A stretch of DNA of 11,995 nt, taken from assembly GCA_964510165.1 (NCBI GenBank), contig CAZEBC010000080.1, positions 1 to 11,995 on the forward strand, written 5' to 3'. This document shows, in pieces, positions 1-7,761 of the stretch. Each line of letters opens with the position of its first letter. The first letter of the stretch is position 1. A program made the translations under genes and the position numbers. A model generated the notes under the pieces. It worked only from the letters and a program-made list of their open reading frames with translations, ran no database searches and was not told the origin of the DNA. This stretch comes from an uncultured bacterium. Its GTDB lineage: Bacteria; Abyssobacteria; SURF-5.

Positions 1-75
1 GTGGGCGGTACTGGGCTCGAACCAGTGACCTCCTGCTTGTAAGGCAGGCGCTCTCGCCATCTGAGCTAACCGCCC
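1..75 (-). tRNA. tRNA-Val (anticodon TAC); discriminator A at position 2, possible CCA end cut by the window edge
   Basis: Reverse complement folds to a cloverleaf: acceptor GGGCGGT/ACCGCCC, D arm GCTC/GAGC, anticodon arm CCTGC-CTTACAA-GCAGG, T arm ACTGG-TTCGAGC-CCAGT. Confidence 0.97.
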
Positions 76-93
76 GCTCGTTCTTGCCTTTTT

Positions 94-121
94 ATTATAT
101 CAACCCCCACTATAAAGTCAA
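94..121 (-). promoter_or_regulatory. sigma70-type promoter for tRNA-Val
   Basis: Minus strand TTGACT (121-116), 16 bp spacer, TATAAT (99-94), ending 18 bp before the mature tRNA 5' end; 16-bp spacers are common at stable-RNA promoters. Confidence 0.8.
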
Positions 122-158
122 ATGCGAAACCGCCATAACGCTGAAATCCTCACATGCT

Positions 159-188
159 TTGAAAATACTCGCTGCTTCGAGCTATACT
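159..188 (+). promoter_or_regulatory. putative sigma70-type promoter for the two-component operon
   Basis: TTGAAA (159-164), 18 bp spacer, TATACT (183-188); GGAG RBS at 208-211 before ATG 217. Confidence 0.6.
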
Positions 189-216
189 GAAAGGGAGCCT
201 TGCATCCGGAGCACTT

Positions 217-903
<687 letters not shown>

Positions 904-906
904 TTC

Positions 907-2682
907 ATGCACAGGAAGCGCCTCTTGTGGCAGTTGTACCCGTCCTATCTCCTCATCACGATTTTCGCGCTCCTGGCCGTCATTTGGTTCGTATCCCGAT
1001 TACTGCACGACTTCCACTTGGAAGAAACAGCCGCCGACCTCGAGACCCGCGCAAGGCTGCTCGAACAAAGGTTTTCAGACCTGCCGCTCGACGACGGGCG
1101 AGCCGATTCGCTCTGCAAACAACTTGGCCGGAAAACCTCAACGCGGATAACTGTCGTGCTTCCGTCGGGAAAAGTCATCGCCGACTCCGAAACAGACCCC
1201 GCCGACATGGACAATCACGCAGACCGCCCCGAGATCATCGAGGCGCTCGCAGGCCGGACCGGTGTCTCCACCCGCTACAGTTACACCGTCAAAGACGACC
1301 TCATCTATGTCGCAGTGCCCATGACCAAAGCGGACGCCATCATCGGCGCCGTGCGCGTTTCCATCCCGCTCACCGGCTTCAACAGAACGCTCCAAACGAT
1401 TCGTCTCCAAATCGTCTCCATAGGGCTTCTAATAGCGCTCTGCGCGGCGGGCGCGACCCTTGTTATCTCGCGCCGCGCAAGCCGGCCGCTGGAGGAACTC
1501 AAACGCGCCGCCCAGCGCTTTGCCGGGGGCGACCTCAACCGCGCTCCGATTATTCCCGCCGACAACGAGTTCGCCGACCTCGCCGACGCGATGACCGAGA
1601 TGGCCGGCCAGCTCGATGACCGCATCACCGCGCTGGCGCGCCAAAGCACTGAACAAGAGGTCGTGCTCTCAAGCATGACCGAGGGAGTGCTCGCAGTCGA
1701 TGCGCGCGAATGCCTTCTGAACGTGAATCGCGCGGCCGCCCAGCTTTTGGGCGTTGACCCTGCCGAATCGCGAGGCCGCAGCCTGCCGGAAATCGTCAGA
1801 AATACCGAATTGCAGCGAGTGGTGAGACAGACTCTCTCGAGCGGTCAACCGGTCGAGGGCGAAGTGGCGCTCCAGGGTGGCGGCGAGCGCTTTGTGCGGG
1901 TCCGGGGCGCAAACCTGAGGAATGCGCAAGGCCGCTCAATCGGCGCCGTCATCGTGCTCAGCGACGTCACAAATCTCCGACGCCTCGAGAACGTCCGCCG
2001 TGATTTTGTCGCCAACGTGTCCCACGAACTGAAGACGCCCGTCACCTCGATAAAGGGCTTTGTCGAGACCCTGCTGGACGGCGCAATCCGCGAGCCCGCA
2101 GAGGCCGAGCGCTTCCTCAGAATCATCGCGAAGCAGGCCAACCGGCTCGAAGCGATCATTGACGACCTGCTCAACCTCGCCAAGATCGAACGAGAGCGGG
2201 AACGCGGAGAGATTCACCTCGAGCCTGCGCCCTTGAGCGAGCCGCTCCGCGCGGCCATACAAACATGCGAGGCGCAGGCCGCCGCGAGACAGATAAGGAT
2301 TGAGCTGAAATGTCCCGAAGACCTCGCCGCAAGGATCAATCCCGCGCTGCTCGAGCAGGCGCTCGTCAACCTCATCGATAACGCCATCAAATACAGCGAA
2401 TCAGGCGGCCGGATCGAAATCGAGGCTTCCCAAACGTCAACGGACACGGTGATAAGCGTTCGCGATGAGGGCTGCGGAATCGAGGAACAGCACCTGGCGC
2501 GCATCTTCGAGAGATTCTATCGAGTTGACAAGGCGCGCAGCCGTACCGTGGGGGGAACGGGCCTGGGATTGGCAATTGTGAAACACATCGCGCAGGCGCA
2601 TGGCGGGAGCGTCAGCGTCCAGAGCGCGCCCGGCAAGGGCAGCGTCTTCTGCATTTACCTGCCAAGAGACGCATCTTCGTAG
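907..2682 (+). CDS. phoR: PhoR-like sensor histidine kinase (TM - extracytoplasmic domain - TM - HAMP - PAS - HisKA - HATPase; 591 aa)
   Basis: Two hydrophobic helices; MDNHADRPE sensor motif of long PhoR types; H-box DFVANVSHELKTPVTSIKGFVETL; N-box NLIDNAIKY; G1 DEGCGI; F-box IFERFYRVDKARSR; G2 GGTGLGL. Starts 3 nt after the regulator stop, GGGAG RBS at 896-900. Confidence 0.88.
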   Translation: MHRKRLLWQLYPSYLLITIFALLAVIWFVSRLLHDFHLEETAADLETRARLLEQRFSDLPLDDGRADSLCKQLGRKTSTRITVVLPSGKVIADSETDPADMDNHADRPEIIEALAGRTGVSTRYSYTVKDDLIYVAVPMTKADAIIGAVRVSIPLTGFNRTLQTIRLQIVSIGLLIALCAAGATLVISRRASRPLEELKRAAQRFAGGDLNRAPIIPADNEFADLADAMTEMAGQLDDRITALARQSTEQEVVLSSMTEGVLAVDARECLLNVNRAAAQLLGVDPAESRGRSLPEIVRNTELQRVVRQTLSSGQPVEGEVALQGGGERFVRVRGANLRNAQGRSIGAVIVLSDVTNLRRLENVRRDFVANVSHELKTPVTSIKGFVETLLDGAIREPAEAERFLRIIAKQANRLEAIIDDLLNLAKIERERERGEIHLEPAPLSEPLRAAIQTCEAQAAARQIRIELKCPEDLAARINPALLEQALVNLIDNAIKYSESGGRIEIEASQTSTDTVISVRDEGCGIEEQHLARIFERFYRVDKARSRTVGGTGLGLAIVKHIAQAHGGSVSVQSAPGKGSVFCIYLPRDASS

Positions 2683-2702
2683 GGAAGCACGGGGTGCGCC
2701 CT

Positions 2703-2954
2703 TCACTTCAACAATTCATCCAGCTTCCCCAGTTCCTCAAGCGCATACAGGTCATCACAACCGCCGACATGCACGTCACCGATGAATATCTGCGGAACCG
2801 TTCGACGGCCCGTCATCTCCATCACCGCCTTCATCGCGTCCTTGTCGGTCTCGACATTGATTTCCTCGTACGCGACTCCCTTCTTCGCCAGAAGAACCTT
2901 GGCCCGGTCGCAATAATAGCAGACGGGCGTCGTGTAGATTCTCACATGCTTCAT
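2703..2954 (-). CDS. grxC: Glutaredoxin 3 (83 aa, CYYC active site)
   Basis: IYTTPVCYYCDRAK, TGRRTVPQIFIGDVHVGGCDDLYALEELGKLDELL matches the Grx3 signature; GGAGG RBS upstream on the minus strand. Confidence 0.92.
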   Translation of the reverse strand: MKHVRIYTTPVCYYCDRAKVLLAKKGVAYEEINVETDKDAMKAVMEMTGRRTVPQIFIGDVHVGGCDDLYALEELGKLDELLK

Positions 2955-3002
2955 CGGCAGCGCCCTCCGAGAGGTTTCTCACACAACCAATCCATCGTTT
3001 GT

Positions 3003-3031
3003 ATTATCGTCTTTTACAGAATCGCTGTCAA
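3003..3031 (-). promoter_or_regulatory. sigma70-type promoter for grxC
   Basis: Minus strand TTGACA (3031-3026), 17 bp spacer, GATAAT (3008-3003). Confidence 0.72.
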
Positions 3032-3056
3032 ACGAAGTCCGGGCTGCATCAACGGC

Positions 3057-3085
3057 TTGACCCAAATCGTTGAGACCGATATAAT
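3057..3085 (+). promoter_or_regulatory. sigma70-type promoter for the barrel-AAC(3)-FkbH-ACP operon
   Basis: TTGACC (3057-3062), 17 bp spacer, TATAAT (3080-3085); 11 of 12 consensus bases. Confidence 0.78.
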
Positions 3086-3172
3086 TACAGCCGTGGCTCA
3101 CACGGTCTTGCCGGGTAATGTTGAACCGAGAATCATCTCTTGCATGCAGAGCGTATCGTGAAATTTCCGAAC

Positions 3173-4309
3173 ATGCCGCTTATTTATCGTGCCTGCCGCA
3201 GGTCTGCGGCCTCTCAGCGACAAGCGGATATCTCATTAAGACCGAATTTGCATGCGACGTACGCATGGCTGTGCGCCGCGCAAGATGCCTCCCCTGATTC
3301 GGGCGTCTCAGGCTGGTACAGCCTCATAAAAGGCTGGTCCGCCTCATATCCCGAAACCACGGGATACATTATCCCGTCCTTCCTCGCATACTCCTCGGCG
3401 CTTTCCGAGCCTGACGCAAGAGCCAGAGCGCTTCGGATGGCCGACTGGGAAATCGAGGCGCAACTGCCCGACGGCGCCGTCCGCAGTGGCGTCATGGGAA
3501 CCACACCCGGTCCCGCCGTGTTCAACACCGGCCAGGTGCTCTTCGGCTGGCTGGCCGCCTATCGAATGACTGGCGACGACCGATACTGCTCCGCTGCACA
3601 ACGCGCGGCTGAATGGTTGCTCAAGAATCAGGACGGCGACGGCGCCTGGCGACGGCATCTGTCGCTTCGAACAACCTCCAAAGTGCAAACATACAATGTC
3701 CGCGCCGCATGGGCACTTGCTCTCGCGGGCCGAGCCTTGGACGAATCTGCATGGGTCCGCGCCGCCGAAAAGAACTGCGAGTGGGCGCTCACGCAACAGA
3801 ACCGCGACGGCTGGTTCGAAAACAACTGCTTCTATGAAAACGAAATCCCGCTCCTGCACACCATCGCTTATACGCTCGAGGGCCTCCTGGGCGTCGGCGA
3901 AACACTGCGCAAAGAACGATACATTGCCGCCGCCCGGGCCGGAATCGAACCGCTCGTGAGAATCTATCAGACCGAGAGAGAGCTGAAGGGGCGATACGAC
4001 CGCGATTGGAGCGGCGCCGTCTCCTGGCGATGCCTGACGGGCGAGGCCCAGCTCGCGGTCGTGCTGCGACGCCTCTCGAAATATTCCGAGGACGACGTGT
4101 ATCCGCACATGGCGCGCTCACTGGCGGAAGGACTTGCATCCACCCAGGACCTCGACAGTCCCCGGCCCGAAACCAGGGGCGCCGTCGCAGGCTCCGAGCC
4201 TGTTTGGGGCGGCTACTGTCCGCTCTCATACATCAGTTGGGGCGCAAAGTTCTATCTCGACGCGCTGCTCCAGGAACTGTTCGGTCTCGACGTGCAGGAG
4301 TTTCACTGA
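3173..4309 (+). CDS. (alpha/alpha)-barrel protein with prenyltransferase/squalene-oxidase (QW-like) repeats, 'SYPETTGY' type; function unknown. Start uncertain (TTG 3140, GTG 3158 or ATG 3173)
   Basis: Repeated Q-x-x-D-G-x-W/F motifs (AQLPDGAV, NQDGDGAW, QQNRDGWF) after Trp-containing helices; blocks SYPETTGY, FNTGQVLFG, TYNVRAAW, HTIAYTLEGL, CLTGEAQ, SWGAKFYLDAL; stop overlaps the next ATG (TGATG 4307-4311). Confidence 0.75.
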   Translation: MPLIYRACRRSAASQRQADISLRPNLHATYAWLCAAQDASPDSGVSGWYSLIKGWSASYPETTGYIIPSFLAYSSALSEPDARARALRMADWEIEAQLPDGAVRSGVMGTTPGPAVFNTGQVLFGWLAAYRMTGDDRYCSAAQRAAEWLLKNQDGDGAWRRHLSLRTTSKVQTYNVRAAWALALAGRALDESAWVRAAEKNCEWALTQQNRDGWFENNCFYENEIPLLHTIAYTLEGLLGVGETLRKERYIAAARAGIEPLVRIYQTERELKGRYDRDWSGAVSWRCLTGEAQLAVVLRRLSKYSEDDVYPHMARSLAEGLASTQDLDSPRPETRGAVAGSEPVWGGYCPLSYISWGAKFYLDALLQELFGLDVQEFH

Positions 4310-5181
4310 TGATCGCTGCTGTCAGACGCGCAATCCCGAAGGGCCTGCTTCCTTACATCGAGCCTGGTTACCGGCAGGTGCGGCGCTGGTCGGCTCGGTT
4401 GGACCGCCTCCTCGATACGCGTACAATGAACGAAACCACGTTCGGAGAACTTCTGAGAAAACTCGGCGTCGTCTCAGGCGCCACAGTCATGATTCACAGT
4501 TCAGCCGACGAGATCGCCCGGCGCGTCCCCGGCATGAACCCGATGAAACTCATAAGGCTCCTTCAGGAATCGCTGGGCACACAAGGCACGCTCCTCATGC
4601 CGACGTTCCCTTTTTCGGGACGACAACTTGAATATGTCGAAACACAAGATTCGTTTGACGTCAAGCGGACGCCCTCACAGGTCGGTCTCGTTACAGAGGT
4701 GTTCCGGCGCATGCCCGGCGTAATCCGAAGCCTGCACCCGACACACTCCGTCGCCGCATGGGGCAGACACGCGCAGGAACTGCTCTTGGAGCATCACCTC
4801 GGCACGGCCTTCGGCGAGAAGTCGCCCATCTTCAAGCTGCGCCGTTACGACGGCAGCATCATCAGCCTGGGCGCCGCGTTCAGCGACAGCTTCACGGTCC
4901 TCCATGTCGCGGAGGAATTACATCCGACGACGCGCGAACGCGCCTATGAAACGCAGACGCGCTGCATGAACATCCTTAATGGCCGCGAGACCGTCCGCTA
5001 CGAATTCCGCGCGATGCGGGGCGACCTGGAACGCAACTTCGGCCGCGTCGAGAAGGCGCTCCTCAAGGACGGCACACTGATATCCATCAATGAATGCGGG
5101 CTGAAATGCCTGTCCGCCAACGCAGACCGGTTCATCACGCGCTCACTGGAACTTATCGAAAAGGGGATGTATCTTTTCTGA
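4309..5181 (+). CDS. AAC(3)/YokD-family (Antibiotic_NAT) N-acyltransferase (290 aa)
   Basis: Family motifs LGVVSGATVMIHSS, GTLLMPTF, FDVKRTPSQVGLVTEVFRRMPGVIRSLHPTHSVAAWG, SPIFKL, TVLHVAEE (catalytic His, codon 4903-4905). Start at 4309 is coupled to the upstream stop; the longer ORF from 4006 overlaps the previous gene. Confidence 0.88.
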   Translation: MIAAVRRAIPKGLLPYIEPGYRQVRRWSARLDRLLDTRTMNETTFGELLRKLGVVSGATVMIHSSADEIARRVPGMNPMKLIRLLQESLGTQGTLLMPTFPFSGRQLEYVETQDSFDVKRTPSQVGLVTEVFRRMPGVIRSLHPTHSVAAWGRHAQELLLEHHLGTAFGEKSPIFKLRRYDGSIISLGAAFSDSFTVLHVAEELHPTTRERAYETQTRCMNILNGRETVRYEFRAMRGDLERNFGRVEKALLKDGTLISINECGLKCLSANADRFITRSLELIEKGMYLF

Positions 5182-7070
5182 TGGAACCACAGGATTTCAA
5201 AAAGGACCTCGAAGACAGGTTGCGCAGGCCGGACAGTTTCCCCGCCGCCTATCTCGACCTGAAATCCCATCTCCGCGCGAATCGCACCGTCAAGGAGTTC
5301 CATTACGGACACAAGCTCCTGCGCGAATTCGAGCAGGACCCGCAACGCTCGCCGTTCACAAGGAAGATCAAACTCGCAATCCTCACGTCATACACGACCG
5401 ACTTCCTCTATCCTCTCCTGAAGGCCGACCTCATGCTCGAGGACATTGCCTGCGAACTCTACGAGCCGAAGTATAACCAGTTCCGGCAGGAGGTGCTGGA
5501 CCCAGCCAGCGGCCTGTACTCGTTCCAGGCGGACATAACCATCGTGGCGTTCGAACTGAAGGACATCTTTCCGGAACAGATGGCCCGCTTCCCGATCCTC
5601 ACCGAAGAGGAAAAGCGGAACTTCCACGCCGAGGTCGTCTCGCTCCACGAAACCATCGCCCGAAGCTATCGGCAGAACTGCAAGAATCCGCGCTCGCTGT
5701 TGCTGCTCAGCGACCTCGCCGCACCCGCACACGCCTACGAAGGCCTTTCTACGAATGAAGCCGACCTCGATACGTTCATCGAAAACATCAATAAAGAACT
5801 CGATTCAATCTGTACCGCGAGCTCAAACACGCACGCGCTGAAATACTCGAAACTGGTCGAACACTGCGGGCGTCGTGGATGGGCCGACCCGCGCCTGTAC
5901 TTCACGGCCAACATCCCCGTCGCCCCGCAAAATTGGCTGCATCTGAGCGACGCCTATGTGCGCTACATCAAGGCGGCCCTCGGCATAGACTTCAAGTGCG
6001 TCGTGCTCGACCTCGACAACACGCTCTGGGGCGGCATCCTCGGCGAGGAGGGCCTCGAAGGTATCCAGCTTGGCGACAGGTACCCCGGCGCCGTCTACCG
6101 CAAATTTCAGGAATATCTGCTCGGCCTGTACGCGAACGGATACATCCTCGCCATCAACAGCAGGAACAACGCAGAGGATGTGCTCGACGTCCTTCACTCC
6201 CACAACGGCATGCTCCTCAAGGAACAGCATTTCGCCGCCATCAGGGCGAACTGGCAGGAAAAAGCGGATAATATACTGGAGATATCGAGAGAAATCAATA
6301 TCTTGCCTGACCACATGCTCTTCGTGGACGATGACCCGGTCCAGATCGAGAAAGTGCGCCTCTCGCTTCCAACCGTGACTTGCCTGCGCCTTGAGTCGCC
6401 CCCCCTCAATTTCGTCGAGCGATTCAGCCGGCTCCGCTGCTTCCTCAGGCTTGGGCTGACCGACGAGGACAAACAGCGGGGACAACTCTACGCGAGCGAG
6501 AGAAAAAGGCGGGAAGCAAAGCACAGCATTGGCTCACTCGATGAATTTTATCGAAGCCTCGCTCAACGCCTCGTCATCCATTGCGGCAACGCGGGCCACA
6601 TCAAGCGCATAGCTCAGCTTACGCAAAAGACTAATCAGTTCAACATGACCACACTCAGGCTGACCGAAGCGGAAGTCGAGCGCATCCTCCAGGACCCTCA
6701 GCACGAGCTTCTCACGGCTGAACTCTCCGACAGGCTCGGCGACAACGGCATCATCGCATACGTTCAGATACGAAGAACCGCTCCCGCGTGGGAGATCGAG
6801 AATTTTCTCATGAGCTGCCGCGTGCTCGGCAGGATGGCGGAAGAGTGCCTCCTGGATTACATCGCTCAGCGGGCAAAGCGAGAGGGAATCGAGTCGCTCC
6901 GGGCGCGCTTCGTTCCCACCGCCAAGAACACACCCTTCGCCGACTTCTATATAAAGAACGGATTCGCACTCGAAAAGGGCGGTCCCCCCGGAGAGAAATG
7001 CTTTGTGCTGCCCCTGGCCGACTACTGCCCGAAATCGTTCCCCATCGAGGTCATCATCAATGAGCAGTGA
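5181..7070 (+). CDS. fkbH: FkbH-like HAD-IIIC phosphatase / glyceryl-ACP synthase with ~270-aa N-terminal extension and C-terminal GNAT-like region (629 aa)
   Basis: HAD motif I VVLDLDNTLWGG (6009-6035), AINSRNN, ANWQEKADNI, FVDDDP, LTQKTNQFNMTT, DRLGDNGII, FLMSCRVLGR (Cys codon 6816-6818). ATG overlaps the upstream stop (TGATG 5179-5183). Confidence 0.9.
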   Translation: MEPQDFKKDLEDRLRRPDSFPAAYLDLKSHLRANRTVKEFHYGHKLLREFEQDPQRSPFTRKIKLAILTSYTTDFLYPLLKADLMLEDIACELYEPKYNQFRQEVLDPASGLYSFQADITIVAFELKDIFPEQMARFPILTEEEKRNFHAEVVSLHETIARSYRQNCKNPRSLLLLSDLAAPAHAYEGLSTNEADLDTFIENINKELDSICTASSNTHALKYSKLVEHCGRRGWADPRLYFTANIPVAPQNWLHLSDAYVRYIKAALGIDFKCVVLDLDNTLWGGILGEEGLEGIQLGDRYPGAVYRKFQEYLLGLYANGYILAINSRNNAEDVLDVLHSHNGMLLKEQHFAAIRANWQEKADNILEISREINILPDHMLFVDDDPVQIEKVRLSLPTVTCLRLESPPLNFVERFSRLRCFLRLGLTDEDKQRGQLYASERKRREAKHSIGSLDEFYRSLAQRLVIHCGNAGHIKRIAQLTQKTNQFNMTTLRLTEAEVERILQDPQHELLTAELSDRLGDNGIIAYVQIRRTAPAWEIENFLMSCRVLGRMAEECLLDYIAQRAKREGIESLRARFVPTAKNTPFADFYIKNGFALEKGGPPGEKCFVLPLADYCPKSFPIEVIINEQ

Positions 7071-7302
7071 TAGGACGCTGGACAGAATCCGCGAGATAAT
7101 ATCGGACGTCACGCGCTTCCCGCTGGGGCAGATACATGCGGATTCCACTCACGAGACAGTAGAGGGATGGGACTCCCTCGCGCAGATCAATATCATCGTT
7201 GCGGTCGAGGCCGAATTCGGCGCGTTCTTCACCCCCGATGAGGTCTACGAACTTAACACCGTCCAAAAAATCCTCAATGCCCTCCAAGACCGAGCCTCCT
7301 GA
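7060..7302 (+). CDS. Acyl carrier protein (80 aa, GWDSL type)
   Basis: Small acidic protein with VEGWDSLAQINIIVAVEAEFG; phosphopantetheine Ser39 (7174-7176); GAGG RBS 7047-7050; overlaps the fkbH end by 11 nt. Confidence 0.92.
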   Translation: MSSDRTLDRIREIISDVTRFPLGQIHADSTHETVEGWDSLAQINIIVAVEAEFGAFFTPDEVYELNTVQKILNALQDRAS

Positions 7303-7326
7303 GACGCCGGCCCCGCATGCGCGAAT

Positions 7327-7569
7327 TCATCCGGACGGCTTCCCCCCATACTCCTTCTCCAGATACTCGCATATCACCGCAGACTCATTGATCACTCTGT
7401 CACCGTCCACAATCACCGGCACCATCGCCTTGCCCGTCAAGCGCTCCACCTCCGCCCATCGGCTCGGATGAAACCCCACCCACACCCTCTCACACTCCAC
7501 CCCAAGCTCTTTCGGCTTCCTCCGCACCCGCTGACAGTACGGACACATCCACAAATGATATAGCTTCAT
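7327..7569 (-). CDS. Glutaredoxin / GST N-terminal-domain protein (80 aa, CPYC)
   Basis: MKLYHLWMCPYCQRVR...TGKAMVPVIVDGDRVINESAVICEYLEKEYG: thioredoxin fold with cis-Pro VP and GST-like ES motif; AAGGGAG RBS upstream on the minus strand. Confidence 0.85.
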   Translation of the reverse strand: MKLYHLWMCPYCQRVRRKPKELGVECERVWVGFHPSRWAEVERLTGKAMVPVIVDGDRVINESAVICEYLEKEYGGKPSG

Positions 7570-7646
7570 GGCCTTACTCCCTTTCTCAGAGTCCGGATTC
7601 TTGCTGCCTGACTACTATGGCACCAAGTCCACAGTGCCCGATACCC

Positions 7647-7680
7647 TTGCGTCTTTTCTCCACGTCGTTTATGATACAAT
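7647..7680 (+). promoter_or_regulatory. putative sigma70-type promoter for MFS-PfkB
   Basis: TTGCGT (7647-7652), 17 bp spacer, TATGAT (7670-7675), overlapping an extended -10 TGaTACAAT (7672-7680). Confidence 0.6.
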
Positions 7681-7689
7681 GAATTGGCG

Positions 7690-7724
7690 GTTCCGAAGAG
7701 AAAGGGATTTACCCTCTTCGGAAC
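7690..7724 (+). repeat. Perfect 11-bp inverted repeat (hairpin) in the MFS leader
   Basis: GTTCCGAAGAG (7690-7700) pairs with CTCTTCGGAAC (7714-7724); no U-tract follows. Confidence 0.8.
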
Positions 7725-7761
7725 GGCTGCGGAATGCAACTCTTGGAGGGGCCTCACTCAT

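Noticed and set aside
2694-3161. 155-aa plus-strand ORF
   Set aside because: Antisense to grxC and runs across both promoters; no family features.
4006-4308. N-terminal 101 codons of the tracked 391-aa ORF (likewise starts 5094, 7003 and 7684)
   Set aside because: They overlap upstream genes or promoter DNA; coupled or RBS-supported starts at 4309, 5181, 7060 and 7762 fit better.
3173-4309. Squalene-hopene cyclase
   Set aside because: Too short (single barrel) and no DxDD catalytic motif seen.
4309-5181. Acquired aminoglycoside resistance gene aac(3)
   Set aside because: Family fold only; embedded in a coupled biosynthetic operon with no mobile-element context.
7688-7740. Cobalamin riboswitch suggested by GGTTCC...AAAGGGA
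   Set aside because: Downstream conserved elements (GGTG-AA-TCC, B12 box) are absent and the leader is too short.
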